DNA of 46,499 nt from a bacterium (GTDB lineage: Bacteria; SAR324; NAC60-12), in NCBI GenBank assembly GCA_965233585.1, contig CBDDTI010000313.1, forward strand, positions 1 to 46,499, read 5' to 3'. The notes beneath the pieces are model-generated. The model was given only the letters and a program-made list of their open reading frames with translations. It was not told where the DNA came from and made no database searches. This document shows positions 12,696-22,993 of this stretch, piece after piece (position 1 is the stretch's first letter; every line of letters begins with the position of its first letter). Made by a program: the position numbers and the translations under genes.

Positions 12696-13210
12696 CTAAA
12701 AACATCCAACAACATGATCCTCTTCACAAAAAAAGGAAACCAAATGAATTCAAGTACCCTGAGGAATCGATTGTACATGACACCCTCCCTGGTGGCTAAG
12801 ATAGCAGTGCTCAGCAGCAAGTTCCACTCTGTGAACTGACCTTCTGGGTCCCAGTGGGAGACAGGTCCACTGAGAAGTGCCCAGCGCTTCTTCACTAAGA
12901 ATTCTGTGAACAAAGCTGCACCACCTGCCTGAGGGTCAAACTCTTCAAAATGCTGCTTGAGGTGCCTCAGGGTGTCCCAGGTACTTCCCCCAGTCATATC
13001 CATCCTGAGCTCCATGGACCTGACCTTCTCTGAGATGAAGTCAAGCCTCTGCTGAGAATGGTCAGAAGCATACCAAAGGTCATCTCTGAGGTTCTGCAGA
13101 ACCTGCACCAAGGTGCTGAGCTCAGTCTTAAGGCCCAGGAGGAAGATGAAGCAAAGAGCCAAGCCTGAGAGCCAAGCCTGGTGTTGTTTTATGCTCCCAG
13201 GCAAAAACAA
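12692..13210 (-). CDS. Hypothetical protein or exon (core TELSTLVQ...NRFLR)
   Basis: Core conserved in three copies with different N-terminal extensions, so the true coding part probably starts near 13126. Confidence 0.5.
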   Translation of the reverse strand: MFLPGSIKQHQAWLSGLALCFIFLLGLKTELSTLVQVLQNLRDDLWYASDHSQQRLDFISEKVRSMELRMDMTGGSTWDTLRHLKQHFEEFDPQAGGAALFTEFLVKKRWALLSGPVSHWDPEGQFTEWNLLLSTAILATREGVMYNRFLRVLEFIWFPFFVKRIMLLDVFS

Positions 13211-13233
13211 ACAAGTAGTTTTTTAGCATTGGC

Positions 13234-13473
13234 CTAAGCAATTTTTAACAGCTGATCCAAGTATGGTACTGCTTGCTGCCAAGAAGCAAGCTGAGGTGCA
13301 TGAATGACATCTGATAGCTGGCTGAGCCTAGCCTGTAGGTCCACTGAGGTACCACCTAGGGCTACCATCTGAGGAATGAACAAAAACATGTTGAACCATG
13401 CAATCCAAGGACCCAAAAACAAGTTGTTATGTAGCTGAGATGCTAGCCAAGCTGATGCCTGTGCTGCAAGCAA
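13234..13473 (-). CDS. Possible exon or hypothetical 79-aa ORF
   Basis: Open ORF on the coding strand, identical at 29057-29296; no recognisable domain. Confidence 0.3.
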   Translation of the reverse strand: MLAAQASAWLASQLHNNLFLGPWIAWFNMFLFIPQMVALGGTSVDLQARLSQLSDVIHAPQLASWQQAVPYLDQLLKIA

Positions 13474-14427
13474 GAGCCATGATGCAAACCATCTTCAGCT
13501 GAGGTCCCATGGCTCCAAGAGAAGAACTGATGACTGAAGGCTGCTGATGTGCTGAGATCAGAAAAAGCTGCTGAGGCACATGGTGCTCAAGAGACTGAGA
13601 TGCTGAAAACAGACTAGCTCAGAGGCTGACATGATATTTGTTCTACTGTGTCTAAGGCCAGGTTTACCTCCTGCAAAACCATTAATTAATTATAAATAAT
13701 TAATTAGCAATTGTTGAGGGGTGGGTTCCTCACACTAGACATTAAGGTGCAAGCTCAGAAACTTGAGAGGCTCAGCCCAGATGAAGCCACCAAGCTGAGG
13801 ATCACAAAGGCCTTCAGCTGAAGATTCATGGCTGTAGCCTTGGCTGCCATGGAAGCACATGGAAGCACATGCCATTAATTGATTATGTTTTAGTTTACCC
13901 TAAAATTTGAAAAATAACCAGAAACAAAAACATGACTAAACTTGATTGAGAAGCCAGGAAGCAAATGCAGTTGCAACTGGGTGCTCAGAGTGCTGAAGCT
14001 TGGATGTTGGATGCTGCTGTGGTAGCATGGAGGCTCAGAACAGCCCTAGATGAAAACTTAGAAAGGAATGTCACCAACTGAGGGTGGCCAACACTCAGTG
14101 CCAAGGCTTAGTAGTGGCTGCAGCCAACCTAAGTATGCCTAGTATGCTAAGTTATATAAATTCTACTTTAGATAGCCTTTCCCATGGGTGGCCTAGATCC
14201 TTAGCTAAGCATTAATTAGTAGTGACAACATCCTCCCCTGATCATGCTAAGTCAAATCTGAGTGATTGCAGCCAGCTCCAAGCCACTTTTTCACCCAGTG
14301 CCTCTGAAATCTGATGCTGTTGAAGAGCTGATGCATGCTGAGAATACATAAAGTAGACAAAAATCATGACCAAGTCATGGCTGAGGGTTGCTTAGGCTGT
14401 GCCAAGCTTCTAAAAAGTAGAAGTCAC

Positions 14428-16020
14428 CTAAGCCCCATCAGAAGTGCATCTGCTGAATCTTACTGTGCTTGCTGAGATAGATGCAGATGATGTAGCCCTG
14501 AGACTTTTCTTCACATCTTCAGGTCCTGCCAGGGGGAACAGTATAAGGACAAGGTCAGCTACATGGGCACTGCACTAAGAAGAACCATTACAATGTCCAG
14601 CATTAGCCATTACTTATGCTAAGTAACTAAAGTAATTAGTTAATACTTTAACTATTCTAAACCCCAACAACAACCAGCAGCAGTGCCAAAAAAAACTAGT
14701 TCAAAAAAACAATGGCAACAACAACAGAAACAGCAGCATTGACACATTTTCCCTGCCAGCTGTTTGCCATGGCTTGTGATGTTTCCAAAAAATAGGTAAT
14801 ATGTTAATTACCTAGGTTCATCGTCAAGCTAGTGTTCATCCTCAGGTATTACCTGAACCCTCTGGCTTCTCAATCCTTTGCTTCTTGCTGAGACCAGGAG
14901 GCTCAGAAACATCCTGGGCATCTTTCTGCATTTTCTGATGCAGCTCCAGCAAAGTCTGAGGGCTCAGACCAATAGCTGCCATCTGATGCAGAAGATCCTT
15001 AGCCTGCTGTTCTTTTAGCTTCCTCAGTTCCTCCTGAGCCTTTGCCATCTCTTCCTCCTCCTTCTTCTGAGCCAGGAAACCTTTCAGCTTCTCCTGAGCA
15101 TCTAAGATGCCAAGCCTGAGCTGACATAAGACACCTTGCTCCTCAGCCATCTGCTGGGCATCTTTGAAGATCCTCTCCATAGTGGCATCCTGAGCAGCAT
15201 AGGCTTCCTCAACAAGCAGAAGCTTCTGAGAGAGGATGGCTTCCAGCTGCTCCACATCTGAGACATCAGGACTAAGGTCCATCTCCTTCAGCTGATTGAT
15301 AGCCTGGCTGATGCCATTCTCAGGGTCAATCTTAGCAAGCAATGACTTGCAGTACCCCTGAGAAAAGGTGGGGTCATCAGTCTGGGCAGCTATAGCAAAG
15401 GTAGCAGCTTCAGGTGGCTGAGAACGTGCAGCATCAGCTTCAGCTTGAGGTTGCTGACAAGAAGGAGGCTTAGGTGGCTTCAGTCTGTGCTTGAACTGAG
15501 CTGTCCAGTAAGGTTTTGAGGAGATTGACTTCTGCCAAGGCAATGGGGTCATGTTGAGAATCACCTGATAATACTGAGCAATGACTCTCTGAGGCCACCC
15601 ATTGACATCCTGCAAGGTTCCAAAAGATGTGAAGAAAACTTTCAATCAGATATTAAAACTTAGTAAATAATTAATTAATTAATCAATTCATTGATGAAGG
15701 CCATGCACCCATGCTCAGAGACACAAAGAACAAATGCATGCACACATGTTCAAACCCATGTCCTTGCAGGAATTGCACCCATTCTGAAATGGGATCCTGC
15801 TGAGTTTCACCTTAGCATTGCACTTAGGACAAGCAACATCAGGCTCTCCCTCATAGCGAGGGTACCTGATGATCCTCTCAGTGCTTGATCCATGAGCAAA
15901 GAGGTCATCCACTGAGGGAAAGCTTTCTGGAATGAGCTTGAGCTGAGCATGGCCACCCTTGACAGTATATTCCATGCCAGATGGAACTAATTCTGAGTGA
16001 TCCTTAGTGATCCTTGCCAT
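14428..16020 (-). CDS. Accessory gene A2, paralog of gene A (exons 16020-15763, 15609-14853, 14525-14428; ~370 aa)
   Basis: The 101-aa and 267-aa ORFs join via the same GA-AG intron. A phase-1 TCAG|GTAATA donor matches a phase-1 CTGGCAG|GA acceptor giving ...EGSGPEDVKKSLR...; CPKC-x14-CNSC; LSKKQR NLS-like motif. Confidence 0.65.
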
Positions 16021-16550
16021 GGCTCAGTTGCTGAGTGTCAGCTGGCTGAGTTGAAAGGCAAATAGGCTCACCATGTGCTTGAGTTCACTAATCAGCTGAG
16101 GAATCACATAAGCATGCATTGCTGAAGAAAACAGAGCACAAGTCCAAGACCATGGGCAAGCTGAGAGCCAACCCCACACCCCCAGAACCAACCCTGAGTC
16201 CTCTCTAAGCATTGCCATCATTCTGAGCATCTTCTAAGCCACATCTCTGATTGTTCTCTGTGAGCATTCTAAGCCACACCCTCAGGTCCTGCCAGGGGGA
16301 AAAATATAAGAACAAGGTCAACTACATGGGCACTGAACCAAGAAGAACCATCAATTAATTACAATGTATTAATTACAAATAGTTCTTGTGAAACTAGTTC
16401 AAAAATAAACAATGGCAACAACAACAGAACCAACTCAGCCCATCAAATGCATTTTTCCACTGCCAGCTGTTGTCATGGCATGTGATGACACAAATCAGTC
16501 TGAGCTGAGATATTGCAAAGCATGCCTAAGTCTTTTGCTCAGGCTTCAAA

Positions 16551-17834
16551 TTAGTCAAACTCCTCCTCAACATAGACCTCCACCATCTCAGAAGAATGCT
16601 GAGGCTCTTCAAGTCTTGCCTTCTTGGTGGCTGGACCACAAGGTTCAGACTCAGCACTGGCAGCCTCAGAAGGAACTGCAGCTTCAGGCTGAGGAGGCTC
16701 AGAAACTTGATCTTCAGGAATTGGCTTCTGAGCATCTTTCTGCATTTTCTGATGCAGCTCCAGCAAAGTCTGAGGGCTCAGACCAATAGCTGCCATGTGA
16801 TGCAGAATATCCTGAGCCTGATCTTCTTTTAGCTTCCTCAGTTCCTCCTGAGCCTTTGCCATCTCTTCTTCCTCCTTCTTCTCCTGAGCCACTCTAGCAA
16901 CTCCAGCATCAACCCTTCCCTGAGCTTCAATGAATTCTTTCCTGAGCTCAGTCAAGACAGCTTGCTCCTTAGACATCTTCTCAGCATCTTGTAGGAGCAT
17001 AGCCATAGTCTCATCCTGAGCTGCATAGGCTTTGTCAAGGAGCACAAGCCTCTCAGAGATGAGGACTCCCAGTCTCCCCAAATCTGAGAGATCAGAACCC
17101 TCGATGTCCACACCCTTCAGCTGAGACATGGCATCTGCCATGCTGTTCTCAGGGTCAATAGTGGCAAGAATTGACTTGCAGTACCCCTTAGCAAAGAAAA
17201 GCTGGGCCTTCTCAGCATCTGCAGCCTCAAGTGACTGCTCAGGTGACTGAGAATGTTCATCACCTTGAAGTTGCTGAGAAGAAGGATGCCCAGCAGGCTC
17301 AGCTGGCCTCTGCTTGTGCTGAAACTGAGCTGTCCCAAAAGATGCTGAGGTTAACCTCTGCCAAGGCAATGGGGCCATGTTGAGAATCATCTGGTAATAC
17401 TGAGCAATGACTTTCTTAGGCCACCCATTGACATCCTGCAAGGTTCCAAAAGATGTGAAGAAAACTTTCAATCAGATATTAAAACTTAGTAATTAATTAA
17501 TTAATTAAGCAATTCATTGATGAAGGCCATGCACCCATGCTCAGAGACACAAAGAACAAATGCATGCACACATGTTCAAACCCATGTCCTTGCAGTAAAT
17601 GCACCCATTCTGAAATGGGATCCTGCTGAGTTTCACCTTAGCATTGCACCCAGGACAAGCAACATCAGGCTCTCCATGATAGCGAGGGTAGCTGATAACA
17701 TGCTCAGGGTTTGATCCCTCACCAAAGAGGTCATCCACTGAGGGAAAGCTTTGAGGAGTGAGTTTGAGCTGAGCATGGCCACCTCTGATAGTATATTCCA
17801 TGCCAAGTGGAACTGAGTCAGAGAGCTTTGCCAT
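16551..17834 (-). CDS. Accessory gene A, copy 2 (exons 17834-17589, 17435-16551)
   Basis: Near-identical to 194-1476 at offset ~16357; only ~3 aa differences. Confidence 0.7.
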
Positions 17835-18005
17835 GGCTCAGTTGCTGAGTTGCAGATGGCTGAGCTGGAAGGCAAAAAGTTGACTATGTGCTGGAGTTCA
17901 CTAAGCAGCTGAGGAATCACACAAGCATGCCTTCCTGCACAAATTTGAGCACAAGTCCAAGACCATGGGCAAGCTGAGAACCAACCCCATACCCCCAGAA
18001 CCAAC

Positions 18006-18553
18006 CCTGAGCTTTCCAGTAATCTTGTAAACTGCTGAAAGAGTCTTTGGCTGCCTTCATCTCCTCACAGTATTTCAGCTTAGTAGCAGCTGAGACTTCA
18101 ACTCTTTTCATTTGTGAGCCTGGCACTTTTCTGTTTGTTGACTTAGGGCTGGCTGTTGGAGATCTCTGAGGCTCTCTTCTCATCAGCGTCCTCTTTTTTT
18201 GTGCTACCTCAACAAGCTCATTTTCAGTTGTGGCTACCTCAGCTTCTAACTCAGCATGCTTTCTGAGTGCATCATTCCTTTCCTGGAGAGCATCTTGCTG
18301 GAATCTGCTGAGCCTCTGCCTCTTGAAAGGCTGAGGTTGCAGATGTAATGGCACTGGCTGAGCTTCTTTCTTCTGGCCTGCTGAGCCAAAGAACTTGTTC
18401 AAGCCATACTGGACCTTTCCTGAGCTGGGTGGTGAAGACTCAGGGCTGCCAGTGGCATCCTTCTCACGTGTAGCTTCAGCTCCTCCACCTCTAGCTCTGG
18501 CTTGCTGAGTCACCTTAGTCAGCAAGAAAGAAGCCAACATGAAGGTAGCCCAT
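18006..18553 (-). pseudogene. 5' fragment of the pogo-like transposase, truncated within the first HTH and fused to the gene A upstream region
   Basis: Matches 25478-26021 up to YWKAQ; 4-bp insertion near the start; junction at a shared CCTGAG. Confidence 0.85.
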
Positions 18554-19957
18554 GAGTGGCTGAGTTACTCAATAATATGAATGTTTGGATGGTACTCTAT
18601 TGTGCCCAACAACTTTTTTGGGGTTGAAAAAAAAACCTTCTCCACCTTTCTTTGAGTAAAGCTGGTGCATTTACTTTAGAAAGCCATATTTGTGTTAAAA
18701 ATCTAAATGCAAGGTTTTCCAAATAATTAGATGCCTTATTAAACCCTTATTAAAAAACAGCATCCAGACAATTTTCAAGGTGGTACCCCATGAGTGGCTG
18801 AGTTACTCAATAGTATGAATGTTTGGATGGTACTCTATTGTGCCCAACAACTTTGGGTGTTGAAAAAAAACAAAAACCCTTTCTCCACCTTTCCTTTAGT
18901 AAAGCTGGTCCATTTACTTTAGGAAACCATATTTGTGATAAAGTTCTAAAACTCTAAAATGCAAGGTTTTCCAAATAATTAGATGCCTTATTAAACCCTT
19001 ATTAAAAAACAGCACCCAAACAATTTTTCAAGGTGGTACCCCATGAGTGGCTGAGTTACTCAATAGTATGAATGTTTGGATGGTACTCTATTGTGCCCAA
19101 CAACTTTGGGTGTTGAAAAAAAACAAAAACCCTTTCTCCACCTTTCCTTTAGTAAAGCTGGTCCATTTACTTTAGGAAACCATATTTGTGATAAAGTTCT
19201 AAAACTCTAAAATGCAAGGTTTTCAAATAATTAGATGCCTTATTAAACCCTTATTAAAAAACAGCACCCAAACAATTTTTCAAGGTGGTACCCCATGAGT
19301 GGCTGAGCTACTCAATAATATGAATGTTTGGATGGTACTCTATTGTGCCCAACAACTTTGGGTGTTGAAAAAAAACAAAACCCTTTTCTCCACCTTTCTT
19401 TGAGTAAAGCTGGTCCATTTACTTTAGGAAACCATATTTGTAATAAAGTTCTAAAACTCTAAAATGCAAGGTTTTCCAAATAATTAGATGCCTTATTAAA
19501 CCCTTATTAAAAAACAGCACCCAAACAATTTTTCAAGGTGGTACCCCATGAGTGGCTGAGCTACTCAATAATATGAATGTTTGGATGGTACTCTATTGTG
19601 CCCAACAACTTTGGGTGTTGAAAAAAAACAAAACCCTTTTCTCCACCTTTCTTTGAGTAAAGCTGGTCCATTTACTTTAGGAAACCATATTTGTGATAAA
19701 GTTCTAAAACTCTAAAATGCAAGGTTTTCCAAATAATTAGATGCCTTATTAAACCCTTATTAAAAAACAGCACCCAAACAATTTTTCAAGGTGGTACCCC
19801 ATGAGTGGCTGAGTTACTCAATAATATGAATGTTTGGATGGTACTCTATTGTGCCCAACAACTTTGGGTGTTGAAAAAACACCAAAACACACTTTCTCCA
19901 CCTTTCCTTTACTAAAGCTGATCCATTTGTTTTAGAAATAGATATTTGTGTTAAAGC
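18549..19957. repeat. Satellite array S2 (~6 monomers, mostly ~253 bp)
   Basis: Anchors at ~18565, 18803, 19055, 19308, 19561, 19814. Confidence 0.95.
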
Positions 19958-20589
19958 TGAGCTTCTTCATCTCCTAGCTGGTTCAATGAAAGATCCCAAA
20001 AGATATAAACATAATTTAACTATATAATGAATTGTATAATGAGTTTACCTCAAGCAGCTCAGATGCACAAAATTATACTCAAGTGCCAACAAGCTTCATC
20101 CCTGAGCAGCTGCATCTTAGTGACCAGAGCACTCAAGTTACTGAGTGGCTTCAAAAGGATGCTCAGGGTGAAGAGGAGCAAAGAAGTGAATGCAAGCCAT
20201 CCCTGAGTTTTGCAACATTGCATTCATGTTACAAGAGGCACATTTACCTACATAATAAAAAAATGTTGATAAAATAGAACATTGAAAACATGAAAATAGA
20301 CAACACTAAGCTGTGCCTAAGGTCAAGTTCAGCTGAGGAAAAAATGAGATTGAGGTCCTTCAGCCTCACTGCCAGGTCAATAGCATTGCAACCTCAAGTG
20401 CAGGTTTGGTGCAAAACAAAAAATACACTAAGAAAAGAGCTAGTTGCCTAATTAATTAATTAAGTAATTAATTAATCAAGTAATTACATCAAATAATTAC
20501 TAACTAATTAATTAATTACAGATGTTGAATACTGAGGCAGACTCTTTTTTCAAAAACGCTGCTCAGGTAAGCTGAGCTATTGTATTGTC

Positions 20590-20967
20590 TCAGCACTCAA
20601 TCTGAGCCTGTAGATCACTGAGGTGCCATTGCACCTCAGTTTCAGTGTTCCACTGAGAAAGTAGGTCAGGCTCAGCCACATCTGAGAGGTCTATGCTGCT
20701 AAGCACATTGAGCCTCCCAGCCTTGGTTCTGAGTCCTGATTCCCTGCTAGAAGCACTGAGCCAATGGTGCTTAGCACAGCTGAAAGGATGTGCTGAGTCC
20801 ACCACCTCTTCCATGCTTTTCTCAGTGTGGGCCCAAAGTCCTCTTAGCTCAGGTCGCTGAGTGTTCTCCACCACCAGTGTCTCCTGCCTGAGCTCTTCCT
20901 CTGAGGCAGTCCTGCTGTAGAGTGCCTGAGCTGGCTGAAAAGGTTTCAAGAAACCAACAGACCTCAA
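20590..20967 (-). CDS. Copy of the 125-aa hypothetical ORF
   Basis: One amino-acid difference from 12318-12695. Confidence 0.5.
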   Translation of the reverse strand: MRSVGFLKPFQPAQALYSRTASEEELRQETLVVENTQRPELRGLWAHTEKSMEEVVDSAHPFSCAKHHWLSASSRESGLRTKAGRLNVLSSIDLSDVAEPDLLSQWNTETEVQWHLSDLQAQIEC

Positions 20968-21419
20968 CTAAAAACATCCAACAACATGATCCTCTTCACA
21001 AAAAAAGGAAACCAAATGAATTCAAGTACCCTGAGGAATCGATTGTACATGACACCCTCCCTGGTGGCTAAGATAGCAGTGCTCAGCAGCAAGTTCCACT
21101 CTGTGAACTGACCTTCTGGGTCCCAGTGGGAGACAGGTCCACTGAGAAGTGCCCAGCGCTTCTTCACTAAGAATTCTGTGAACAAAGCTGCACCACCTGC
21201 CTGAGGGTCAAACTCTTCAAAATGCTGCTTGAGGTGCCTCAGGGTGTCCCAGGTACTTCCCCCAGTCATATCCATCCTGAGCTCCATGGACCTGACCTTC
21301 TCTGAGATGAAGTCAAGCCTCTGCTGAGAATGGTCAGAAGCATACCAAAGGTCATCTCTGAGGTTCTGCAGAACCTGCACCAAGGTGCTGAGCTCAGTCT
21401 GGTGCACTGAAATTAACAA
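20964..21419 (-). CDS. Copy of the TELSTLVQ... ORF/exon, directly downstream of the transposase
   Basis: Identical core to 12692-13126. Confidence 0.5.
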   Translation of the reverse strand: MLISVHQTELSTLVQVLQNLRDDLWYASDHSQQRLDFISEKVRSMELRMDMTGGSTWDTLRHLKQHFEEFDPQAGGAALFTEFLVKKRWALLSGPVSHWDPEGQFTEWNLLLSTAILATREGVMYNRFLRVLEFIWFPFFVKRIMLLDVFS

Positions 21420-21471
21420 ATCCTAAGCCTGCCCAGTGCAAAGCTGCAAATCACTGTCTCTCAGTAGAGCT

Positions 21472-21974
21472 TCAGGCAGGTGCAGCTGATGTTGATGAGG
21501 TAGGTGCAGCTGAGCTCGAAGAAATAGGTGCTGAAGATGAGCTTGCTGAGATTGGCAGGGTAGCTGACTTGAGCAGCTGCTCCAGATCCTCAGGGCCTGT
21601 GCTGAGATAAGGCAGCTTGTGAGCCTTAGCAGCCTCTGAGTGCAGGTGGTACCTGAGGCATTTGTAGGCATCACAGTTCAGGCAGCCTGACTGCCACCTG
21701 CACTTAGAACATTTGCCCGAGGAATCCTTCAGGAGCTTGACCTTGTGAACTGAGTCCTGAGAAAGGTTTTTCCAGGTGAATCTCACTGAGTTCTTGTCCA
21801 GCTGGTCCTTGGCAGTCTGGAGGTGATGTCAGTCAGCTTGCTCAGCCTTTTCTCAGCCTTGCTTTTTTGCTGAGCAATGCCTGCCATTTGAAACTCAAGC
21901 TTAGCATGTCTGACTTTGGCATCTTCAATGAGTGCATTTGCCTGAGCCACCAGCTTAGGCACAATAGTGGCCAA
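21472..21974 (-). CDS. C-terminal part of the transposase-Ulp1 locus: coiled coil + CSKCRWQSGCLNC putative Zn-binding motif + Ser/Ala tail
   Basis: 21783-21974 is in frame with the Ulp1 ORF across TGA 22016-22014; frameshift near 21825 leads into 21472-21786. Confidence 0.55.
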
Positions 21975-22013
21975 CCTGAGTTTCCAATCTTTCCAGCCAT
22001 TTTCAGGCCAGAC

Positions 22014-22901
22014 TCAAGGCCACTCACCCCTGAAAAGCCTCAGCTCTTGCTCCATGTAATGGAGCACATAGCAGCCACAAGCATTGCTGCCCACAGGCTG
22101 AGTGGCAATGTTGCTGGGGGGTGGGAGATTGAAATCAGGGTCAAGCAAGGTTCCCATGAGGATCTGCTGAGGATGAGATTCTTCATGCTCTTTGCTGAGG
22201 GAGTCATACCTCCTCCAAGTGATGGGTTGCCCAGGCCCTGCCCTCTGAGCTGCCAGTAAAGTCCAGTGAAACTGAGAATACACTGGAACCAAAAGAAGCT
22301 TGCAGTGCTGAGACCAGTATTTCTTGATGCCTTCCTTGAAGCCCTCCAGCTGCTCAGGATTGCCATCATTTTCAAGGATCAGCTTGCTGAGGATTGGGTC
22401 CACACAGTGAACTCCTAAGACTTCTGGGAGAGCAACATTAGCCCTGTCAAAGCACCATCTGAGAAGGGCCCAGCCAAGCCAAAGGTGCTGATCCTCCACC
22501 CCAGGGATTTCCTTAGGGCATGGGAGCACTGTGTGGATACTCCACTCCTTTGGGCTCAAGCCAACCTCATCTTCAGGATTGCAGCTCAGAAGGCTCAGCA
22601 TGAGGCTGAGATCTCTCTTGCTGAGCTGGGTCCACTTGGGCCACTTCACCCTCAGAACTTCAGCCTTAGAGCTCTTGAGCTCCACCCATTCAGGCTCAAC
22701 ATGATATGCACCTGAGTCAGTGACACAGATGTACATACCTGAGGTGCTGCCATAAGTTAGCTTGCCATGCTTGCCAAAGCTGAGCTTGCCTGCTGCTTCT
22801 GAAACAATCACAGCTTCCTGCTTGAGAAGGGGATCCTCAGGTGGTGCTTCCTCAGCAGGTGGTGCTTCCTCAGCAGGTGGTGCTTCCTCAGGTGGAGGCA
22901 A
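22014..22901 (-). CDS. Ulp1/SENP-like (peptidase C48) cysteine protease domain
   Basis: LLLVPV..QFHWTLL, RYDSL and Q...NACGCYVLHYM match the His-Asp-(Gln)-Cys signature of C48 SUMO proteases. Confidence 0.85.
   Translation of the reverse strand: MPPPEEAPPAEEAPPAEEAPPEDPLLKQEAVIVSEAAGKLSFGKHGKLTYGSTSGMYICVTDSGAYHVEPEWVELKSSKAEVLRVKWPKWTQLSKRDLSLMLSLLSCNPEDEVGLSPKEWSIHTVLPCPKEIPGVEDQHLWLGWALLRWCFDRANVALPEVLGVHCVDPILSKLILENDGNPEQLEGFKEGIKKYWSQHCKLLLVPVYSQFHWTLLAAQRAGPGQPITWRRYDSLSKEHEESHPQQILMGTLLDPDFNLPPPSNIATQPVGSNACGCYVLHYMEQELRLFRGEWP
22838..22895. repeat. Coding minisatellite, 18-bp unit x3 (EEAPPA)
   Basis: GGTGGTGCTTCCTCAGCA repeated. Confidence 0.85.
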
Positions 22902-22993
22902 TGGTGGTGCATCAGAAAGGTGCTGCTTGGAGCCAGCCTTGACTAAGGCTTTAGCTTCTGATGTTTTCTTATTTTTTCTTCAAGTTCTTAAGC

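Larger units (their letters stand above)
11516..16350. repeat. Accessory block B (copy 1); full copy at ~27373-32175, partial copy at ~19958-21399
   Basis: Near-identical sequence at offsets of ~15.83-15.86 kb and ~8.27 kb. Confidence 0.93.
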
